Assembly: GCF_001194135.2 (NCBI RefSeq)
Contig: NC_068995.1
Coordinates: 54,527,544 to 54,591,543, forward strand
Length of the DNA stretch: 64,000 nt
From: Octopus bimaculoides
Lineage: Eukaryota
Direction: 5' to 3'
Positions 54,004-64,000 of the stretch are shown here, one piece after another. The position numbers were made by a program, and so were the translations under genes. The notes under the pieces are model-generated. The model made no database searches, was not told the DNA's origin, and was given only the letters and a program-made list of their open reading frames with translations. Every line of letters begins with the position of its first letter. The stretch's first letter is position 1.

Positions 54004-56350
54004 NNNNNNNNNNNNNNNNNNNNNNNNNNNNNNNNNNNNNNNNNNNNNNNNNNNNNNNNNNNNNNNNNNNNNNNNNNNNNNNNNNNNNNNNNNNNNNNNN
54101 NNNNNNNNNNNNNNNNNNNNNNNNNNNNNNNNNNNNNNNNNNNNNNNNNNNNNNNNNNNNNNNNNNNNNNNNNNNNNNNNNNNNNNNNNNNNNNNNNNNN
54201 NNNNNNNNNNNNNNNNNNNNNNNNNNNNNNNNNNNNNNNNNNNNNNNNNNNNNNNTATATATATATATATATTTATATATATACACACATACATATATAT
54301 ATGTATGGATGAATGTATGCATGTATATATATATATATATATATACGTACATAAAACCAAAAAGCAATCGTGTTGGAAAAAATAAAATGTCTAATTAATA
54401 GTTACAATAGATTACTTTGGACATACGTCAAAGTTTCGAGTTTAATAGAATCATAAAATGTCCAGATGCTTCTGAAGGCTAGTAATCAAATGAAAACATA
54501 TCTTCTATATAAAACATAGGAAAAGAAAGTAAAAACATAATAATGCCTTCCTAAATGTGAGTACTTATTATTAGAATTACTTATGTGTATACAACGTCTA
54601 GAATTCTGACATCTATAGACCAACTGAAACAATTTCTTATTTAAAATATATTCGAACACGAAATGGGATGAGATATTATAGAAGAATATATATCATAATG
54701 TTTATTTCTCTGGTAGTGCAATGAATCATAAATATTTCCTAATTTTAAAATAATATTGATAGTTATAAACTTTAGGTTTATCAGTATATTCTATAAGAGA
54801 CTTGCTACTGGTTTTCTTTTATATAACTCTGTAACAATTTGTTTGACTTGTAACAGAATAACCTAATTGCTTGCACAATATAGATACATATATAAATATG
54901 CGAATATGTGTGTGTATGTGTGCGTCTGCAGGTTTGCACGTGTGTGTACAAGACTGAGTGTGTCCATATGTACATGCATGCGTGTGTGTGCGTGTGTGCG
55001 TGCATTCGTACTTGCGTTCAAAAGTACCTTCAATTAATCTCTGTAGCTTCATTCTCTTAGAACGTACCTATTGTGGATTAAATCATGCCTCACCGAAATA
55101 GTTCTTGCTTCCTGACAAACAATGATTTTGGTGACGGTAAAATGTGACAGCAGATCAAACTGAAGACAATAAATAATTACTAAGGAATGGCTTAAAATTC
55201 TAAGCTTTTTACTAGAGTCGGTAACTGGTTTTATTTGCTTTGTTTTACAACACTGAATAATCATCTCTGCAATTAAAGAAATAATTATCAAACTATAGCT
55301 GAAAGTGGCTTACTATTTTAATTCAATTGCCAGCGCGTAATATTTGGCCCCACTTAGAACGGATGTATATTTGCGTACATTGTGTATATGGTTTCAATTT
55401 AAATAAGATACATCTACAATATTCTTCAAGTTACCAGCGGTATTCTCTTCATCTTAAAGTGGATACATCATTTTCTTTCATCGTGCATCCATTAACAACA
55501 GAAAGCATTCATACGTGTAGAGACTGTAATTAAAGGAAAATATTGGAAAATAAGCCCAGTTAAAACTCGTAGAAAGAAGAATCACGGTTTTACCTCGAGG
55601 AATATACAATGCAGTCAATATGATCTTGTTACATAAATCGAATTGGACCCAAGTGTAATGAAGTGTTATTTGTATTTTCCAAATATCGGTATAATATATA
55701 TTTCTTCACAGCTTGGCTTGTGAAAAATAAACAAAAAAGGAATCGAAATATTGTTTTCAAAGTTTCTATCACATGAGAAAGGAGATATAATTATTATATG
55801 CATTACACTTTATAATAGAAATTCTGAAAAATAATATTCTTTAACAAATACAGCCCGCAAGATAAAACCAATACATAAACATTGTATTATGTTAATAATA
55901 TTTCCTATCAAAATTGCACTGAACAGACTATAATTTAATTTAATTTTCAATATAGTTTCAAAGTTTGATGCTGAATTCTTACATTTAATAGCTCTCATAC
56001 TCTCTGGCATTTCAAATATGTTATTTAGCTGTGACTTATCAATCTATTTGCGCATACTACTCATGTATTTATCTATGCATCTATATGCTTGCGAATAAAT
56101 ATAATGCAAGTAAAACCTGCATAATAAGCGAGCATTTTTCACAAACACACTAATCTGGAACACAAACACGGAGGTAGACACACATACGTCGCAACACACA
56201 CACATATATATATATATTAGTATGTGTATGCGTGTGTGTGTGAATATATACATATCTAACTCTACGTATGCATGTATTTATTCAGGTTGATATGTGTCTG
56301 TGTGCCTATATGTGTGTGTGCATGTGTGTATATATGTGGGTGTGTGAGTG

Positions 56351-56397
<47 letters not shown>

Positions 56398-56989
56398 CTG
56401 TGTGTGTGTGTGTGTTTGTGTGTGTGTGCGTGTGTGTGTGTATAGGCTTACGGATACATGCAAATACATATCTATACGAGATTAAATGTTACATTCTAAC
56501 TACAATAATGTTATTATAATGCGTATACACGCGCACAAACTCAGCGGATTAAGAATATTAAATATATTTTTGATCCTGTGTGTTTGTGTTTGTGTTCGTG
56601 TGAAGCAAATAATTCTGTGGTCGAACCGAAACTTTCGCGTAAATTACGTATAAATCCTACGCTACGAAAATTGATGCATTTGTATAGGCAGATTTTATAA
56701 ACAGTATGACTGATGAAATTTTCTAATACCATCATAAGACCAACGATACCTCGCCTCTCTGCGGTTGTTAATAAAGGGTGTACTTGCGGAAAAGTGATAA
56801 AATATGTACATATGCCACAGGATGCTAATAAAGAGAATACGCTGCTTTAGTTTGCTGTTTCCTTTTAGAGAAGGAAAATCGAAGAGCGAAGTTTAGATTA
56901 AAATGCAAAATAAAAGAAATGAACTAGTTAAAGGAAATGTACTGCCTCCAATATGAAAACATCAATCGATGATAAAGTGTAGCAGTCAC

Positions 56990-57065
56990 CTGTCTAACCG
57001 AACTCTGCTTAGTTTGATGTTGCTCATGATGTTATTCAGATCTATTTCTATCATTGCTGTCACAC
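56990..57065 (-). CDS. Weak candidate exon (76 nt): (G)VTAMIEIDLNNIMSNIKLSRVRLD
   Basis: Acceptor TTTTTAAAATATTTAG, donor CAG|GTGACT, single open frame. Could be chance. Confidence 0.2.
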
Positions 57066-58696
57066 CTAAATATTTTAAAAACTTAATATATGTCACAAAT
57101 GTTTGCTTCAACGATATCAATTTAATAATATACAGTTGCTCAACAAGTATGCGAGTTCATCTGCTATTGTTAACTAAGGACAGTATCACAGTTCCAATTG
57201 CTTATTATTGCAAAAATTCAGACACGCTGAAATGTTGATGTGGAGATATTTGTTAAATCACGGGTACGATTTTGCAGATTCATTAATCCACGCGGCATTT
57301 ATCCTATTTCTTTGTGCTTTGATTTCAAATAATCTCGAGATCGAGTTTCTGTTTTATATTTACGGGGTAGATTAAAACATAAATTTACATAGATGGTTTG
57401 AACTTGTAGAGCATCGAACAAGACGCATCGCATTCGTTATTTCACATATTACTGCACTGACATGGCTAGCAATAGGGCATATTTATATAGGTCATTGCCA
57501 AAAAAATAGTTTTCCTGATACAACAGTGGTGGGTTCTTGAGGATTTATATTATAACATAAAAAAAAACATTTCAAGTCATCCAGTTACGTGTAATTGTCC
57601 CTAAATTCGATTATATCCTTTAGTATCATTTAAGCCTGCTTTCCAGCCTACTTGGCGAATACTCTGGTTCATGATGTTTCGAAATTGAGCTGATAATAAA
57701 CAACAATAACCAGTTATAAATTATTCTTATTTGCACTTCAGCATGTGAATAGAGGTTAATTATTAACATCTACATTTCATTTTAAAATACCACTGAGTCG
57801 ATATCATCGTACACTTTATTGATCACTTGATGCAAATCGTCTCCGTGAATAACAGAAGTAACTATAATTGGAATTGGTGCCAATATTTTTCTCCTGCCGT
57901 CGTGCCAAGTCTTTCATCTGATGATTTAAAGTACGCGCAGTAAGAGAGATACTTAGAATCATAAATACTCTATTTCGATTCGAGATTGATAAATCTATAA
58001 TGAAGGAACATGACTTCAAAATTCCAGCAAACGGGTATCGAAGAGAAACCAGCAGCACAGTGCCATAATTTGCGTGATATGTTAAAATTTGTTTTCAGTT
58101 CGGAAAGGATCAACCGGACAATATAATAGTTATTTACAACGCTAATCAAACATGCAATGCACGCTCATTCTAAGGCTGCAATTTGTCAATGAGTATTATG
58201 GAACCACATGTTATTAAATGCTACTAAAACCAAAAAGTGCACTTTTGTACATTTCTCGACAGATGAGCGAACACGTCTGGAACAAATTATCGATTTTTGA
58301 AGAACAATTTTACCTACTTCGTCATAAAAATCCTATTTCATCCGAGAATAATTCATAAATAAAAAAATCAAGAACGCCTTTTGGGATACATCTCTACATT
58401 TTGCTTTGTGTATCTGTAAATGATATGCATTCAGCGATGAAAGAGGGACACTAAAAAGACTTGATAATAACATAAATATAAATAAACTTTTGATTTGTAT
58501 GATTTGAGCACATATTTCGCTACATATGAAATATTTCCTACGAACGATTATTTCTAAGAGATCTAATTTCAAACAACATAATAGTCATATATATTTATAT
58601 ACGTACATGTATGTAGAGTGTACGTAGGTGTGCATATACATCCATACACACACACACACACACGCACGCACACACACACACACACATATACATACA

Positions 58697-58761
<65 letters not shown>

Positions 58762-59864
58762 TTATGTGTGTATGTATGTATGTATATATACACACGCACA
58801 TAGTATACCTGTATATAAATATCCATATGTGCATCATTGTGTACGTAGATAGCTACAGAAATAGATGTAACTAACCAAAACCTATTTAGGTATTATTACA
58901 TGCTTTGAAAGACGGAGGGTTTCTTTTTTTTTATATCACATTCTTACTGTGAAAATATCCAGTTTCAAAACTGTTTATTCAGAACACTTGTATATTTATT
59001 TATCTCCTCCTCAAGACATAACATCTAATATTCTCCAAACTTGGAAACTATTGCATATGAAGCTGGATTTTTTTATAAAATCGTAAAGTAAAACTGAAGA
59101 TGCCATTTTTTAAATCACGTAATTAAAATTCAAGATAAACAAATTATTGAAAGCTTCACACATCATAGAAACCTGCAAATACATTAAACTTATCTGCATT
59201 AAAATGAAAGATATATGCACATATATTTACATACAGGATGACTACAAAATAACAGACTACATATATATATAGATTTGTATGTTATTTTTTTTCTTTTACG
59301 TTTAACCGAAAGAACATAATTTTAGATAATTGGTACTTGGATAATGTTGACTAACTATGCTACTTTCATATAAATGAGCATACGCCATGTGAGTTTCTAA
59401 GTGAAAACGAGAGTTAGTGAACTTAGGAGCTAATCATATTATATGTTGGTTTTTTTTTAAAGTTGCACGGAACGTATTCGAATATTCTATGAGCATATTT
59501 GTATATAAACACCAATGAACCCCATAATTAAGTTTACATACATACATTAAACAGATTAAGAAATGCTTGGATGTTTTGGTATCAATATATCTCTTTCAAT
59601 ATTTCTTTAATGATTCTCTTCATTCTAACTGCATATATACATGAATGTACACATACACATATACATTCAAAAACATATTTGCAGGCGTGTGCACCTAGAT
59701 ATTAGAAATGGAAATTTCTCAATCAATTTAATTTGAAGAGTGACATGAAATGTCCATTAGAATTGAAGGTTCCATTTGTTTACCTTGGTGCAGTTAATGG
59801 TTCTTGCTGTTCTTTTATATAATTATTGTATCGAGAAGGAGGGCCAGTATACCTGAAAACTTAC

Positions 59865-59933
59865 AAGGTCTCCGATGCTGTGGGGATGCTGATAATGCAC
59901 CCTCAGTCGCTGTAGCTCAGTGACTACAAGGAC
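59865..59933 (-). other. GC-rich patch: either a 69-nt exon (VLVVTELQRLRCIISIPTASET) or part of an interspersed repeat
   Basis: 54% GC (37/69), acceptor TTATCATTATAAATAG, donor CTT|GTAAGT, single open frame. It sits in a 59.83-60.25 kb block of repeat-like composition. Confidence 0.25.
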
Positions 59934-60109
59934 GCTATTTATAATGATAAAACCTCAATATGCAGATGTTCTTGACAAAAAGTTCTGTGCATGATGGTTA
60001 ACACCAATGGATCCTTATCAAATATAGTTGTATTTGAAAGATAACAGAGTGACGGATTCGCCTCACTAATTTAGGCAGAGAAAGGTCGTTCCTGGAGCAT
60101 AATCTCCGT

Positions 60110-60147
<38 letters not shown>

Positions 60148-60499
60148 TATTATAATATACCGACTTGTTCGATGCTTGCATCAGACAGGACCTTATCGAG
60201 TAGACTTCTAATCATATGAGTTCTGACGGTGACTTTACCGTCTGTGTCTTTGTCAGGGATCGAAGTAAAACATTATGGTATGTGTTCTTTACAAAGATAT
60301 TAGTGTGGCTAGAGACACTCTTGCTATTTCTTCTAGGTAGTGGGGCAATGTATAGTGGGGCGAATAGTTATTTGAGCTGTGTTAGTTATTTATTGTGCTG
60401 AAATGCTGAGACCACTACCGGCAAACACTACAGTAAGTAAAGCTTCAATGATCAACGAAAGGTGCCGGATATCATTCTATTTTACATCAGCTCCTACAC

Positions 60500-60950
60500 A
60501 CACGACCTTCTCATGTGCATCAAGGCAAATATCAGTTTATTATGTTTTGTTAATGATTTGCTTTTTTTATTTTTTGGCTTTTATCAGTTTGGCTATTTCT
60601 GGTGTATAATTGAGATGTATTTTTTATGTTGCCTTGCGGGATATATTTTATTGATTCATTGATAACGATTTTATTAAATATATATACTGCAAAATCTATA
60701 TTGATTTTACTGTGTTGCTGAATTCATAAAATGTTCACTATGTTACTCGGCGGAATTCGTTCCGTTGGGCTTTTGATGTTTTGATTTCGTGGATGTGGAA
60801 TGAGTTTTTGACTGCCTGAGAAATTTACGCTGAACATTTTCCAAGGTTTGTAGGGAAGTTGAAAACTAGGTCGGTTGATTATCATGTCGATCAAGTGTAA
60901 AAGTATGGAGCTACAAGCTGCATGAGATATACAGGAGATTTATTTGTAAA
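60500..60950 (-). mobile_element. Possible CR1/L2/Jockey-type LINE 3' remnant
   Basis: LENVQRKFLR at 60812-60844 matches the LExVQRKF/RF motif of RT C-termini in these clades. Flanking motifs are only faint. Confidence 0.35.
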
Positions 60951-61852
60951 TGCTATAATATGAACATAATTATTTGCACAATTTGTCACCTGACTGTTTC
61001 AAATGCATGTTAATCTCTTTTAATGTGGGTGTTTGCCGTTGAGTAATAGATTTGTATTTGACATATGCAATATGTTACGATGCTCAGAGAGGCCGTTTAC
61101 CGATAAGTGTATGGGTAAGTGTTTCTGTACATGTGCACAGTCTAAAATGCTTAATGTCAGTGATGTACATTGTAATGGTCTGAACAACTGGTGCAGTATA
61201 TTTTCTTATTGCAGTAATGATATACTTTGCAATATATATAATAATATTTGTATGCATGTACTCACTTATTCAAATAGTTGTGATTGTAATTTTGCATATC
61301 CTATATTTCGAAGTCAAGTAGCCATAACATATCTCCGATATTTTTATACGGTTCTATGTAATTAAATTTCATTCGTTAAGTTGTATTCTTTATTGTCTCT
61401 ATTGTGATGTAATTCAGTTCTTTTTTTATTAGTTTATTAAATATTACATTTACGGATATATAATTCTTAGACTTTACAGGTCCTTTTTCAGGGATATGAC
61501 ATTTTCTATGACGTAATTTTCATTTTTCAATAATAAGGTGCATTTTCCTTGTGTGATTCTAAAAGTGGGTTGCTTATTGGGGTTTTCTAAATAACTTAAT
61601 TTAAGATAATTATTTATGTTTAAGGTTTTCTTCATGTGGATTAGCGACTTCAGCGGTATCTGTCGATTAATATTTCATGTATATTCGAGATTACATCATG
61701 TTATATAACAACGTAAACACCAAAGTAATATTTCATTTCCCTTTTTCGGTACGTGCTTCTCACATATTCTAGTTGGACAAAATTCTAATGCAACAGTTAA
61801 GGAGGATTAAAAGTTTTTAGACGAGTATTCATTGGTGGAGGGGTGATAGAAC

Positions 61853-61895
<43 letters not shown>

Positions 61896-63360
61896 ATTGA
61901 TTCTTTTCAAAGTCCAATAATCATGTCTGCATACTAAACGTCTATAAGATTATATTTCAATAAGTTATATCTTTACACCTTCAAATGTCTAACAATCGCG
62001 TCTTACAAATCTTACGCTTAAACATTAAATAGATTTGATTAAACAAATATATGTAAATTGGTAATACCTCACATTTCTATTCTGTTTAAGCTTTATATTA
62101 TATTATTTACTGCAAACTTTTCCTCTTTTTATTAAAAAATAAAATATTTGCAGCGTGCTACATTTCCTACGAGTAATGTTGCACCTGTTGCGTACATACT
62201 GACGAAGCAGACAGCAACATTCACCGATATAAAACTGAAACCAGTACGCTTGATATAATTCTGTTTACGTCAATTATTCAACATTAATTTCTTCAGAATG
62301 TGAAGGCCTCTAAACATGTACTGGTTTACTTTTATAGACTCAACACTAATATTACATTGTTTATAAACTGTTGATAGTCAATTTTCAATTTACCTGTCCA
62401 GAGGCAATTTTAGTTGCTTAATTGTTCATAATCAATTATTGAGATTCCATGTTACTGCATCAAGATCGATCGATATAATTGTGGTTTTCGTTTGAGGCTG
62501 TATGCACACCGAGAACGGAGTCTACAGTGCGTTTATACACATGCTTACATGTGCATGTATATTACTTTGATGTAAATGAATATTAATACAAGTGCTACAG
62601 AAACGGCTGAGATAGTCGGCATAAAGCCAACAAGCACATATGTAATGCACATTTAACTCTGCCATTCATCACTACAGAAGAGGTAGAAAATGCTCCAATT
62701 TTAATATACTGAATGATTCCATTCATCCATCAATGAATAGCACTTCTATAATGTCGAGCAATACTTGCTCGAATCCTATCGATAAAATATGCTTTAGATG
62801 AATGCATATCTCTGAAATTCGAAATATGTACAGTATATATATAGATATTTTCAAAATTTATTGCGAGGGAGTCCACGTATTCAGCTGTGTAATGGAGAAT
62901 ATTTTACAAGATATATTTTACGTAGGGATTGTAATATTGCTACATGTTGGCTGCTAAATTTTCTTCATCACATTTCAGCATATTATCAAGCATCAATCTG
63001 AAAACTGAACTTACAGTGACAAGAGATATAAACATCTATTTCAATTTATAGACATTTCCTCGACATAATTATAGCAACAAAAAGCTATAATTTATAGCTT
63101 TCTTTTGCCAGTACGTCTGGCGGATCGTGCTGCATCTCATAAACACACGTACATATATGCATATATANNNNNNNNNNNNNNNNNNNNNNNNNNNNNNNNN
63201 NNNNNNNNNNNNNNNNNNNNNNNNNNNNNNNNNNNNNNNNNNNNNNNNNNNNNNNNNNNNNNNNNNNNNNNNNNNNNNNNNNNNNNNNNNNNNNNNNNNN
63301 NNNNNNNNNNNNNNNNNNNNNNNNNNNNNNNNNNNNNNNNNNNNNNNNNNNNNNNNNNNN

Positions 63361-63396
<36 letters not shown>

Positions 63397-63951
63397 GAAT
63401 ACACTCAACAACTGATACACCCATACATATGTATATACCTGTATGTGTGTGTGTACCTGTACACGGGTTTTCTTTCTGACGAGGCATACGCCTTTGCATG
63501 AACATATGCACTTTATGAGTAAATGTTGGGAACTATTTTGACAAATATTTAAATTCATTTTCCATGCATACATGTATACTAGGACAACAATAATCCCCGA
63601 GTCTTGATTATTGGCACTGATTAATGCGATAGGTTTCTTCAAAAGAGGTAGTTACACCAAGTGTATGTCTTCGTGTTTCGTTACAGTACTAATTTTGATC
63701 ATATACAAATACAAATGGTATAAAATATAAAACGTAATAGAAATATGCTTACCTAATTTCAAGGCACAGGTTTGATATTGAGTTATTTTCATTATTTATT
63801 TAACATATTTTTCGGCCATAGAGATTTAGTTCGTTCTTATAGTTTTTATATTCTAGCATGACCAGTACGTTTTATGTATTAATGTATTTAATCTAGGACT
63901 TCCATAAATCTCCCCTGGAACCTATCGAAACATTGTATATATACATATATA

Positions 63952-64000
<49 letters not shown>

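Overview
AT-rich (roughly 30% GC) eukaryotic non-coding DNA, most likely intronic or intergenic sequence from a coleoid cephalopod. The Octopus assignment is an inference from the tRNA-derived SINE family, the very dense (CA)n/(TA)n/(AAT)n/(GATA)n microsatellites and the short-read-style gaps. There are 16 N-gaps (about 4.1 kb), nearly all flanked by microsatellites. No complete gene, rRNA, intact tRNA, operon or CRISPR array is supportable. Almost every entry in the ORF track is a microsatellite or N-run artefact. Well-supported content: about a dozen copies or fragments of tRNA-derived SINEs (including a 4-copy cluster with an inverted pair), a TA-flanked internally deleted mariner element, a decayed R4/Dong-type retrotransposon, an RTE-type reverse transcriptase remnant, and three short minisatellites. 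Several other LINE remnants are fainter. A few short, isolated candidate exons and a perfect YY1-type motif overlapping an ATG suggest a large-intron gene may cross the window, but I could not assign any product. I did not find evidence for a new multi-gene biological system. The findings are hypotheses of modest weight.
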